In this document: piece by piece, positions 37,847 through 50,124 of the stretch | How the letters are laid out: each line of letters opens with the position of its first letter | Position numbering within the stretch: position 1 is the first letter of the stretch | Assembly: GCA_002633005.1 (NCBI GenBank) | Contig: NMRA01000083.1 | Location: 260,896-324,895, forward strand | Reading direction: 5' to 3' | DNA: 64,000 nucleotides | DNA from: Phoronis australis | Taxonomy: Eukaryota; Animalia; Phoronida | Made by a program: the position numbers and the translations under genes | Notes under the pieces: model-generated | Databases searched by the model: none | Told to the model about the DNA's origin: nothing | The model's input: only the letters and a program-made list of their open reading frames with translations

Positions 37847-40800
37847 AATTTGTGTTCGTATTACAGTCAGGTAGAATTGTCTTGTGTCTCCAAGAACGTT
37901 GTTGAATTGATTTTCTGTGAAAAAAGTTTTTTAAAATTGTTATGTTGAGAAATTAAAGTGTTTTTAATGTAGCATTAGTGTTCAAGGAAATAATACTTAA
38001 TGAATCTGTGTTAGAATATGAAGTTCCGGAGAATATTTCTTGTTAACCTATTCAAATAACCTATATCAAACCTAATCAAGCAGCCTATATTTTTGCACAG
38101 GATTCCTGCTGCTTAAAATGTGTACTAATAAGTTAAACCATGTATTATTTAGTCATTTGTAGTCTTTGGTTTTTTACTTTTTGTTGATATTTCTTTACAT
38201 GCATGCCAATCGATCGATTCTCATGTGAAATGAGATGCACAAGATTAAGCCATGAGTAGCTGTCTGTTGTTTAATTGCGAATATTGTAGGATATTCTACA
38301 GTTTTGTGTATTCCTTACAAGTCTGACATGTCGTAGAGAAGGGTGTTAAGGTAATTGTCAATCTTCATGAATTTCGTTTTACCAAATACCTTTTTTAACT
38401 GTTTGTTTTCAGGTCACTAAAATTTTGTGAATTCCACGACAATGCTGCCTTACAACCATGTTCCACTATTTTTCAAAAATTGTCATTTTTTGCTTCGAAT
38501 ACAAATTTTTAAAAAACTTAAACTGGGGGCTACTTTGTATTTGAACTATTCTTACTGACGGTTTTTTCTTTACCCTCAAAAAACGGAATAAAGCTTCAAA
38601 GTCCCAGCTTAAAACAATGCCACAAGTCTTCATTTTTGACTGCTGATATCTTTGTTGCTTGGAAAATAAAAAACCTTTAACATGGTTCCGTGACTATTTA
38701 ACTCAAAGTGAGCAAAATTTCATGTGAATCAATCCTCAGTTAAGTGAAATCGATATTTCTGTTGCTTGTAGTAAAATACAAAACCTTTGACAGGATCTCT
38801 TGACTATAATTTTCCTTTAAGCAAAATTCATGTGAATCAATCCTCGGTTAAAAGAAATCAATGTTCAAATTTACTGAAATTGCCTAATATTAATAGGCCT
38901 GAAATTGAGATAGAGACATGCGACATTAATTGGAATCAATTGGCATATTTGGCACAAAAATGTTGCTTTTAAAGGAATATGTTATGAGTAACAACGAAAA
39001 AATAGGTATAACTTAATAGAATATATGAATGTTGATTTTTTTAAAAATCCATTGAGGTTGACAATACCCTAAGTAAACTTAAAGCTGTATTTCGCCCTAT
39101 TTAGCTGGCTAAAAAAATCAAATTAGGTCATTTTTGGTCTCCTAATATTCTGGTAGGATTCTATTTCTGTTACCAACAAGAACATCAAAACCATTAGCAA
39201 CTCAATTTGGTTTTAATTTTTAACCAGCTAAAAAGGTGACATGCGGCTGTAACTAAGACCATTGGAGTGGTGCACACAAAATGTAATTTTAATATTTAAT
39301 TTAAAGTGTTACTAATTCACTGCAAATTTCTATTTCTCCATCATTCAGTTTTTGTTCAGTGAGGAGCAGAGATGAAAACATGACAATTTATGGGAAATGA
39401 ATTTCAGTGTAGTATTATTGTAATCATAAATATAGTTTCTTCTTATATATTGTGTCCATGCATATAATTGTTCAGTCATGAGTGTGTACGTTGTTCTGAA
39501 TGCCAGTAGAATGGGTAAGATAATTTTGGTAATAGTCGTTCACAGTGTGTCCGCATTTTGATAACCAGTTTTCTCCAATGAACAAACTGGATATCAAAAT
39601 GTTGACACATTATGTCCATCTATTGCCATAATTTGTGTTCTAATGTAGCTTACCTTGACAGCACTGAGCAAACTAGTTGTAGTAACCATTATATTAGGTG
39701 TGGTGGGTTCTCTTCCGCTTAAAAGGATACTAAACCCTGTTTTCATGATTTCGATCAATTTCCATTCTGTCACTTGTTAATGCATCCGTGGCATAAATCT
39801 TAAATGATGAAAGCAGGAATCAACTAAAATCTTACACTCCCTTTGTCACCGATTGGATATTATGATTCTTGGTGGGTGGTCTTTTGCCACAGTTGTTGTG
39901 TAGTTTGCTAAAAGACTTTGGAAGGAGTTTTCAAATTTTCCTCCAATATTTTGAGGGTTGTCTGGATTACACAGCATTATTTTGTATCGGAGAATTGGAT
40001 GGAAAAGTCATTTTTAATATCTGTTAATAGGCCAAAACCCGGTTTGGTATCCTTTGACAAGTAGGTGATGTCATAGCATGTTCAAAATCCAGACCAATGG
40101 TACAATCAGGCAACTAGGAGCCTGTGACCATTTTGGAGGGGGTATGTAGTCCCCATAGTGGGTTAGAATTTTGTGGATGGTTGTAAATCACGGGCATCAT
40201 TCACACACAATAGGTCCTTTGAAATTGATTTTCAACAAGGTCCGTCAGTGAAAGTAGTTCTTTGTGAACCCTTCTTTTTGTCGCACATCTCTCCCAGTTG
40301 TACAGACTAACTAAACACAGTGTTCATGGTCCTGATTGATAAGATAACTGTTTTATTATCCCATGTAGATTCTGAATAGCCGAACCCGGAATGACTACAC
40401 TATATGGTGAATACCTTACCTGATGCCAATACCTCCAGATTTGCCATTGCTATTACTTTGGCCCCCCCTCTTGTGCATGTCTTAATACCAATCATGATTA
40501 TTCCTCACACATTGCTAGATTTGCCCATCTAATTATGCATAGTTCATCTCATACACAGAGCATTAGAAAGCCATTAACTATTATCAGGGTGTGCTTGGCA
40601 TAACTGGACACGGTAACTGGTTTCTAAGAATATTTTGAAGGGTTAACAACAACTTTTCACACTCAAAATGTCAAAACTCAGTGCAGCCACAAGTGTGAGG
40701 TGTGGTTGTGCATCACTTTTCTCCATGAATTCAAAAAACAAGTCGAAATGATCTCAGATTTCTATTAGTAAAAAGTTGGTTTGTTTCAATTAAAACAGCT

Positions 40801-41385
40801 AGAGGATGCAATTAGTTTTCTGACTAGCCAGTCAGCAGGGTACATAAACTCAATTACAGTGTGCATACTGCCTGTGTGTGCTAATCTTGACCATTTTTTA
40901 GTATCATCCGCCAAGCTTTGTACCTCTGTGGATACCCGATGGGGCTTTTTGAGACAATAACGGAAACAGTAAAATCACCCTCCTCCCATTGTTGACAACA
41001 TGTCCCGACCAACTGTTCTTATGGGAGACCCCCTGATCAAGAAACGAACTAAAAGCTGTGAGTAGGTTGTTATCAAGAAGGTGCAGGTCTTCACAGAAGA
41101 CTATATGTATCAAATTGTGTGTATATGTCGACAGACTGATCAACGTAGGACATTCCCGTGTTCAAGTCGTGGGTAATATACCCCGGTATACGGACACTAT
41201 AATTTTTGTTCAAAGAAGGCTGATTTTGTGAATCAGCAGAATGTTAAAAATATTTCTGCTGTTCTAAACTAGTATTATATTGATTGTGATTGTTACAAAG
41301 TGTTTCTCATTTTCTGTTCCACTGTAACAGTTATCAATGTTGTCTTTAAGGTCATGTAGAAATGCTTTCTTTTAACTGCTTTTAA

Positions 41386-41615
41386 AGTCCCACGCTGCAC
41401 AAGTTAGGTCAAGCCAAAAGCTCAAACTTTAAACTGGTATAAATCCAACTATTATTAAGTCATGGTATAAATCCGCTGAATGAATCTTCCCACTAAAGTG
41501 TTCCATCAACCCCACTTCTATGTAAAAATTCGAACTTGAAGTCAATGTATTAAAAACATTACATAAGGTTCCACCCCAAAATAAACAAAAAATTTTTTTT
41601 TTCTGAGATGGGACT
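41386..41615. mobile_element. TTAA-flanked MITE (Kolobok- or piggyBac-type target site)
   Basis: TTAA|AGTCCCA ... TGGGACT|TTAA. Confidence 0.5.
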
Positions 41616-41685
41616 TTAAAGTAGCTTTAGTTTGCTGCATGATTCAAAATTAATGCATTTTTTGTATTGTGCTTTTATTGCTCAT

Positions 41686-42034
41686 GCTACATTTCGCCCT
41701 GTGTAGCAGTGACTTCGAGTTCTTAGCTGAAGAACCATAACCAACAGCTGGTATGCGATGTACTCACAGGAAATAATCATTTTGTCACGTGACTGGTATA
41801 TTTTTAAATGAAAATCCATGCACGCTACTTTTGAATTTCAGGGCTGTCCAACCCCAATAAAAACAAATTTAATTTTCGATGGGTTTCTTGACATGTTGAG
41901 GGTTTGTATGTTCTGTGTAAGTGAAAACAATTCCTATCATGATAAGAAAAACTTTTGAGAGTGGTTTTATTTCAGTAAAAAGCCCAGTTCGATTTACATT
42001 TTTAGCCAGCTACTGAAACGGGGCAAAATGTAGC
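41686..42034. mobile_element. MITE with GCTACATTTCGCCC termini; related copy at about 39083-39250
   Basis: gctacatttcgccc ... gggcaaaatgtagc. The 39083 copy starts gctgtatttcgccc and shares the tagctggctaaaa motif. Confidence 0.5.
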
Positions 42035-42533
42035 TTGAAATTCAAACATTATTGTATATAACTAACCACAGGTTCCTACTTATCAGTGCCGAATATTATT
42101 TACTAAGAAAGTGGTTGATTTAATATAAAACTGATGCAAAATGTTGAAGCTATTGTGTTGTTTTTAAAACTTTAACACCAGTGTGTAATTTACAGACAGG
42201 GTGGGAATAGAAATATTGTGTACAAAGGAAATCTATTTGCAGAAAATCTCGGTGGGAATGTACTTAATCACAAATCACACATTAAATGATTGTAGCCCAT
42301 GTGTTGTGGTAATTATTTGTAATTTTTACTCACAAGACGGTTTTGATTGCTACTACCAAAAGAAAATCACATAATTGCTAACAGTTGATGCACAACTATT
42401 TAGAGTGGTGAAAGTATAATCGACATATAACTATCCAGCATTGCAAGAGCTCAAAAACAAAAATTGCTTTACCCACTTTACAGCACGGGTGATTGAGATG
42501 GGACAAAAAACACGTTTTTATGCGCCCTCATAT

Positions 42534-43440
42534 TTATATGCCGTCATCTCTGTCTGGGTGTTCGGATCTCGTAAACCCCTGTGGGGTTGATGACAGAGGG
42601 CGATGAGTTTTGGACCGACCCGAATACCGCTGTGTGTGTCAATTTTAGTTTTTTACATTTGCCTTTATTTTCAAAGGTCCTCGAGTGATTTTCATGAAAT
42701 TTGGCACATAGGCATATATTAATGAGGTGACGCTATCCTCCCGTTTTCAGATGGATTCGAAGCATTTTGCGCCAGCTAGAGGCCATTTTTACTATTTTTG
42801 AGTCCGTTTTTTGGCGTCCGCCCCTCTGTTGACCAAACCACTCTAAGGATGATTGCGAAAATTAGCATGTATGTTTTTAGTATGAAGAGGACAGTTGACA
42901 ATGATTTTCTGAGTTCAACTACTGTGGCACCTCCTAGTGGCACTTTTGTTTGTTTTTGCGCACATGGCTGTATCTCCCAAATGCTCTACAGGATTTTTAT
43001 TAAATGTAGCAAATGTGTTTATATGAAGTGGACAACGACGACTTTCGGATAGCTCGGACTACAGGTGTGCCCTGTAGTGGCAATTTTATTATTTTTTACG
43101 GTTACCTCTATCTTCAAAGGTCCTCGATGGATTTCCATAAAATTTGGCACATAGGCATCTATTAATGAGGTGATATTATCCTCCCATTTTCAGATGGATT
43201 CGAGGTATTTTACACCACCTGGTGGCCATTTTTACTGTTTTCGAGTCTTGTTCTTTTGGTATCCTTCCCTCCATCAACCAAACCATTCTAAGGATGATTG
43301 TGAAAATTGGCATGTATGTTCTATGTTCTTACTATGAAGAGGACGGTTGACGATGATTTTCCGACGACTTCGACCACTGTGGTGCCTCCTAATGGCAGTT
43401 TTGTTTGTTTTTGCACCCATGGCTGTAGCCCAACTTTTCA
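42534..43440. mobile_element. Helentron/HINE-like non-autonomous element with an internal direct duplication of about 440-bp period
   Basis: Starts ttttatgcc with a subterminal inverted repeat and hairpin (accccTGTggggt), then a (GT)n tract. The core repeat tcaaaggtcctcga...aaatttggcacataggcat occurs at about 42670 and 43113. Confidence 0.5.
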
Positions 43441-43606
43441 CAGAATATGGAGCTACCAGGTTGTTTTCTACAATGCACAATGCCTTCAGCATGACTAAAA
43501 CAAGATTTCAGATCTACAAAAAGTTTTAATTGTTAAAGTGAGTATCAAAAATATACAAACATGGCAAAGTTGAAATGAGATTCACTCATTATCCACTTTG
43601 GTTTCA

Positions 43607-46600
43607 CTAACATAGATGTGTCCCTGGACCTTTACTGTGAGCTCCTGAAATGAACAATGACAAAAAACTTCAGATATATTCTCAAAAAACAAAAATATGC
43701 ACGTTATCTGACAACCAACACCACGTCCACATGGTGATAATTGTCTGATATAGCATGCCCGCATTTTTGAAGCCAGTTTTCTCCACTAAATAACGAGCAT
43801 CAACTTATCAAAATGCAGGAATATTATATCGGACTACTGCGCATATGTTTTGCACAAAACTTCAGACAAGAACCAAAAGACCTTTCGCGGGATGAGAAGC
43901 TCTATGATTACAACTTCCTTTTGACATCATGACTCTAAACACAATGGGAATCCATTTAAGGTTCCCAAGATCTCAAACAGGTTTTCAAGGCACAAGGCTG
44001 TAGATCTTATGTGAGGTTACGCAACAACATGACAAATTTTCTCACTCTCCCAGCTGGGACATTCGCAACTGAGCTACTTAGCTTCTTTGACCAAACGAAA
44101 GTCCTCCAACACTGCTAGACAAGTAAGTACATTCAATACTAACCTAACATGCTGCTAAGGAATGAGGCAAACGTAGCACTTCCTGTCACTGCTTTGGCCG
44201 AGGCAGGGTTTGTGCGGGTTGTCTGCACACGGAAACAGGTACCCTTCTCCATATCTCCAGGTCCACATACAGACACCTCTACGACATGTCTGTCGGAGCA
44301 ACTACAGTAACAGGATTATCCAGTGAGAGCATGAGTAATACCTAAATACATGCATCTCAATACCTGCCCCAACATGTTGATGAATGACACTGAAGCATGG
44401 ACAGAAGAAAGCTACCAGGCATCCTCACTTTCTTGTAATATCAGCATCAGAAATCTTACACAACCAGGGTGCATAAAAGAAAGGGAATGCGTGAATAACA
44501 GATGGCATTTGTGCCAAACGATTTTTCATGACGCTGTTTAAAACAGCTATGAATCAGTCTTCAATCACAAAAAACAATTTTTGATTTAGACAAGTTACCG
44601 TCATGAAATTGGCCTCAAACTGTTCATTAGCTACCTAACTAACATTTTGTTATTGTTTCAGATCAGGTTATCTAAGTTGGCTTGTTACAGTGTGTCACTT
44701 TATGAGGCTAGCATGGTCTCCACAAATAACGAACAAACCCAGAAATCGCTTCTTATTTGAATAAGGAACAAGTTGAGACCAATTTTAGAGCGGCAAGTGG
44801 TTTATATCAAAACTTTACTTCTTAAACAGAATGCGGGGCATATAACCGCTATAAATCAAGACGTCTTTGCCCGGTTGCATGAAACAGTCCCAAATAGGGA
44901 CTCAACTAAGTTCCCAAAATCTATTGTGCACTTCTGAACTTGTGTGAAAACATCAATTGCTCTTTCTTGTATTGTTTTAGTTCATTACTAAGTCAACTTT
45001 TGACTTTGAAACAAACCGAGAGTGAACTCTACGCTGAATTGTCAATATTATCGAAAATAATTAGGGATCTTTTCGTGCAACACCCCCAATTTATTTTCAA
45101 TGAACTCTAAGCTCTGCTTTATTATATCATTAGAAAATGTCATTAATCAAAGAGGAGCTCATAATAAAGATGAAAAGGTAGAAAATTATTGCATCTGTGA
45201 ATCCACAAAGACACAAATACGCAAAGACTTAGGGACCTTATTTGAGTCCCTATTTGGGACCGTTTCATGCAACCGGCCACAGAAATCCTAATTTATAAGT
45301 TATACTGTTCTCACAAAGTGAATGTAAAATTCTTTTTCTGAAAGTTTTACACACACTACTGAACAAGTTTTCATAGCACATACGGAGAGGAAAAAAGTTT
45401 TAAAAAAGTAAAATGTAAACTACCACTGATTATGAGTAATGGAAAGTTACCTGTCGAGTCATGAAGTTTTTTGCAACCACTAGCTTTCAAACACATCTCG
45501 AGACCTTTGTCGAGTGGAATGTCCAGTAACTGGAGCCTTGCCTACGTCTGTTACGTCATCATTGCCATGTGACCTCTGTTGCATCGTCGGATTGAATAAA
45601 TTTTCGAGGTCCAATCATCGAGATTTGACTGAAACCTAGTGGTTTCAAAAAACTTTGCGACTCTGACAGGTAACTTTCCATTACTCACATTCTATTCGAG
45701 TCAGTGACATGAACATTCAGTCTACTACCACTGTCTATCACATTAATAAGAACATACCTAGGATCCGAAACCAAAATTCCCTGCACTTTATCGAAGCCCA
45801 AGTTATACCCAGCCACTGCAGCAGCAGCCATTGTGTTGACGTTGTGAGGAGCCAGGGGACATAACCCCCGTACACTTCCTGTAATTGAACATCATCACAT
45901 GCAGCGCCACCATTAGCAATGTTGTTTTGCTTCGTGTTTTGGGGTGAGATCCTTTGTTCAGGCTCTTTAATGGAGCAAACAATGGTTCCCCATTACACAT
46001 GATAACAGCGTGGAGTGAATGAGCTCGATGAATGCTTCAACAAACTGCAAGATTCATGGCTGCAAACTTGATTTGTTGAAGTTTGAAATACGCATCGTCT
46101 GCTTGACTTAATTTGAACATGTGACTTTAATAACAAAATGAATCAAATTAAAGCTAAGGACAAAATCGGCATTAGGACAGAATTAGTGTGAACCATTCTC
46201 AATAGCGCTGTCATAATATCTCCAGCAGGTATCAAAACGCAACACAAAAATACTTCAACTGAACTCTGGATAAACATCTGCCACCACAAATCTACAGTAA
46301 TGATAAACTAAGGCGTAAACAAAACTGGTTTAACTTGCGTGAAAACAAAAGCAATTTTTAGCAATCATTTACCTGATTTCAATGATGACACCTAAGTAAA
46401 TTTTACATAAACAGGTAAGGCATATATAAACTGGTATCGTCTCATTTTTGGTCGCTGACAGTGCCTTATGATTCAATGATGCTCATATAAATTTTCGCAA
46501 GATTGAACTCAGTGTCATACAGCAGGCAGTGTATTTAATATTTAATAAGGACTGGATAAGTAGACAAAACATTTTTCATTTAAATTTTGCGTATGCTCAT

Positions 46601-49600
46601 AAACACCGACATACCTTTGTATAATACAACGGCACTTTCTTTAACCTGTTCATTCAATGCCTTCAGGTCACCATGTAGTTTGAAGGTTGAAGGATGCTTC
46701 CTCATGGTGACTTCCAGAGCCTAAATAAAAAAACGTGACAACCATGTATGCTATTGCCACAAAATTACCTTTGAAGGCGTCAACATGTCATTACATTTGA
46801 CATGCATATTCAATTACACTCAACATTCTTAGTGCTGTGCTAAATACATGGAATTGTCACCAGAAAAACGCAACAGAGTGACATGACTACATAATTATTT
46901 TTCTTTTTTAATTTCAGCAATGAAATTTCAGAATTTTGGCATGGGCAAATAAATCTTGTGCTGCGTGATGTAGTACTAACAATGGCTTGAAGCTTGCGTG
47001 AAAGGCTGGTAACCATTCAAACTTCATCTCAATGTTCACCTGAAGAGTGCCTCTGTCAGCCATCTTTTTTATGTCCTCCGCACCCCAGAAAGCCCCACTT
47101 GGGACATACAATCCATGGTGTTGTGCCGACGAGCGCAGACTTAATTCCACGTCACTGTCAGCTAAGGCTGTGGGAGAACCAATCTGGACAAAACAAAAGA
47201 GTGAAGGCAAAAATGTAAGGTCATAAGACAAATAGACAATGTCATCAATTCTTCACAGCAAAGCCACGAAATAAGGCACAAAGCATGAAGTCAAAACGAG
47301 AGTTCTTTGTACACAACAGATTCATTTTCTTGTGTGACAATTTCAGTCAGCTCCAAATGATATTACCACCATTGACTCTTCAGTTGAGACAGATGAAATG
47401 ACGCAGACTCGAGACAAAGGAGTGGTGATTACAGTAACTTAGTTTGAACTCTGTATTGTAAGACACTAAGGTCATTTTCGAATTTATGTTAAGACCCAAA
47501 ATATTCATGTGTTATACTTCAAAGCATACCATATAGTCAGCAACTTGTAGAAATTTACACCCATAGTCCTTTGAAATGCATGGATGAGCCACCTCCACAA
47601 TGAGATCTGGATTCCTGAAAACAGAAAACGACCTATGAATGTTGAATAAATAGTGTCCCACATGGAAGTCGATTACTACATTTTATTGACTTCCCTGGTT
47701 CAGCTGTGTCTGATTGGTCTGTAAGTCGGAAGTCGTCATTGAGACCCAATTAGATGAAATGGCGCAGTCAATCAAATGAAGCCACTGTGTGCTGATCATC
47801 TGCATTTCCCTTTGGCACAGCAGAGCTGCTTTTGGTTATTGGGTCCCATAGGGAAATTGGTTGTCACTGAGAAGATGGTATACTCCTATATTTTCTGTTC
47901 AACTTAAGAAAAGAAAAAAACCATTAGAGCGACCTCAGATGTTTCGGTGGACATTTTCTCAATTCCCTGATTACTAAAATCAGATGTTCTGTTTTTTCAT
48001 TTTCACCTACTAGCATCTATGTGGCGTTTGTCAAGTCGCATTTGGCGAGTTGACATTGTGCTAAGCGCCGAGCCCTGAACTCCAATCATTATAAACTTAT
48101 CTGTAACCACCACTGCTTAGTAAAAGTCAAATTACATCTAGTGAGCAACAAAACATGACAATGTTACAGTGAAACCTAAGAATTTACCTTTCAGCAAATC
48201 TAGACAGGTCTTCCAAGATGTATTTTTCATCCACATTCCCCTTTACTGCATCAACACTTCTGTTCCACACAAAGGCAAGTTCCAGATCTTCTCTTTCAAG
48301 TATGGCTTTAGTCAGGTACTGCCCTGCAGAGAAAAATATCAGACTGTAGCTCGCTTACTCGAAGACGAACTTCAAAACAAACGTCACGTGACAACAACAT
48401 GTGTGTTCGTCCAGACATTTTTCTCGCCGTGTTGCCGATCATACATGTAGATGGCACGATGTTGCACAGATTTGTACATAAACCTGCCGTTAATCCAGAC
48501 TCCACGGGAAGTTAAAAAATCTTAGAGACGCTACTTAAAAAACTTAATGAGGTTTCAGGTAATTTGCTTGAGTCGAAACCATTTTTATTCAAGCATTGAA
48601 GTCGCCATATCGTAGACGGCGATTTCGAGGCAGTCAGTCGGCGAGTTTTCGCCCTGGGATTTCAGCACAATTTTCTGTAAAATGATGGTAATTTAGCAGC
48701 AAAGTTTGATAGCAATGCACCACAGTTCTGTTGAAAGTCTTTCATAGTTTACACATATGTCACAGAGCGTAAATTTGATGAATCTTAACTTCCGATTTAA
48801 CCCGTTTTGGAGACCGGGTTTCAACCGCCTTGGGTTATAATAAGCGCCCCCCCCGAACCGAACTTTTCGAAGCGCCCTGGGCGGTTATTACGGCGAATAC
48901 GGTATGTAACGTGTTACACTGTTCAAAGTATAAGAAGACTTGTCAATCATTAGCATGTGTTTGGTTGCCTAAGTTCAAAGTATTTAGTAAGAAGACCTGT
49001 CAATCATTAGCACCTGCTTGGTTGCCTAAGTGTCCAGCGGGAATCAAATCTTAACACAATCAAGTGCTTTCCTTAAAAAATACATTGTGATCTAGCCGGG
49101 TCTTGTTTGATCTGTCTTTTCTCTCAAGAAACTTGCCCTACCGAACGTATGCCTACTTGTTGGAATACCTTAGTTCTATGAGAGGACCAGCAGCGACCGA
49201 GGTACGTAAAAACCCAATCACGCTTAGGATCACGACACCACAGTATCATGTGCGCAGGCCGTTGAAGTCCGTTACTTCAATCCCCCGACCTACATTTTAA
49301 CTGAAGATATGCTTGCAAGTCCGACATCAGTGTAGCTCCGTCAGGGTATAATCGGTGCTCCATGCAGTAAGCAACAACTCCCCACTTTTCAAAAGTTAAA
49401 TAACCGCCCATGCTCGGCTTATTGCTCACCCCGTTTTTTTAGATTCCCAATTTAAGCGCCCTGGGCGGTAACGCGGACGAGTACGGTTGACTGAGTTGAC
49501 ATCGCCATCGCCATCACCATCAGATTGACAGAAAGGCATAAAATAGACGAAATAGAGCAGTTGAGTTGATGTCAGATTCACGAAAAAGCATAGGATTTGT

Positions 49601-49876
49601 GGCATCATAAGATTGAGTTGATTTTCTTGAATTGATATTTGAGTGTCCGATGATAATAGCAATTTTTGCCATTATTTTGCCGCCAGGACGGGAGTTTTTG
49701 AACGGAAAGCGCTCACATACTAAAGCAAAGACATTTAACATGATAACCAGACACGTCATGTGGCAAATATGCAATCATGGGTTATCAAAAATCGACCAGC
49801 TTCACCAACCAAGTTGTCCATATCCAACTATTCCCACGTTTCTGCTGAGTTTGGCTCGTTTGCCATTTTCGCACAT
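43607..49876 (-). CDS. ASPDH: Aspartate dehydrogenase domain-containing protein, 8 exons, about 284 aa
   Basis: Exons: 49876-49810 (MCENGKRAKLSRNVGIVGYGQLG, Rossmann GxGxxG), 48323-48188 (LELAFVWNRS), 47614-47530 (PDLIVEVAHP), 47183-47040 (IGSPTALAD...GAFWGAEDI), 46720-46615 (VTMRKHP), 45878-45758 (SVRGLCPLAPHNVNTMAAAA...LGFD), 44301-44144 (HVVEV...RTNPA...AVTGSAT), 43644-43607 (GPGTHLC*). Total 855 nt in frame; motifs and the HLC C-terminus match vertebrate ASPDH. Confidence 0.93.
44869..45278. mobile_element. MITE with about 40-bp TIRs in ASPDH intron 6
   Basis: ccggttgcatgaaacagtcccaaatagggactcaa pairs with ttgagtccctatttgggaccgtttcatgcaaccgg. Confidence 0.75.
45429..45723. mobile_element. 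Penelope-like retroelement remnant with inverted terminal segments
   Basis: Inverted arms tgagtaatggaaagttacctgtc / gacaggtaactttccattactca, flanked by the 10-bp direct repeat ACTACCACTG (45419-45428, 45724-45733). Confidence 0.5.
48349..48902 (-). mobile_element. Truncated inverted copy of the 4633-6032 transposon in ASPDH intron 1
   Basis: Near-identical to the reverse complement of about 4633-5180. Intact terminal GGGCGGTTATTACGGCGAATACGG+TA. Confidence 0.85.
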
Positions 49877-50109
49877 TTCTGCTGTGTACTTTAGTAATAA
49901 CAACACTATTACAAGTTTGTTAAGTTAAGTAAAAAAATTGCTTAGTATGTTGAAAGTTTCAAAAAAGTTAGAAAACAGTTGATCAATAAACATTCGATCG
50001 ACCTATAATCAAGATTTCTAACACAGAATGGCCTGTTGCTGATTTGCAAATCTCAGTGTAGCTTAATAATATAACCTTTGCTGTGTAACACGTTTACATG
50101 TCATTTCCG

Positions 50110-50124
50110 GTTGCTAGGGGTAAC
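50110..50124 (+). promoter_or_regulatory. RFX X-box (GTTGCT AGG GGTAAC) in the ASPDH/CCDC65 divergent promoter, adjacent to an ETS-like TTTCCGG
   Basis: Matches the X-box consensus GTNRCY-N0-3-RGYAAC typical of ciliary genes. It lies just upstream of candidate donors GTAAGG (50175) and GTAAAT (50180) for a non-coding first exon of CCDC65. Confidence 0.6.

Noticed and set aside
49021-49040. GHLG-coding stretch as a candidate ASPDH exon 1
   Set aside because: It lacks the preceding VGIVGY strand and a start codon. The real exon 1 is 49876-49810.
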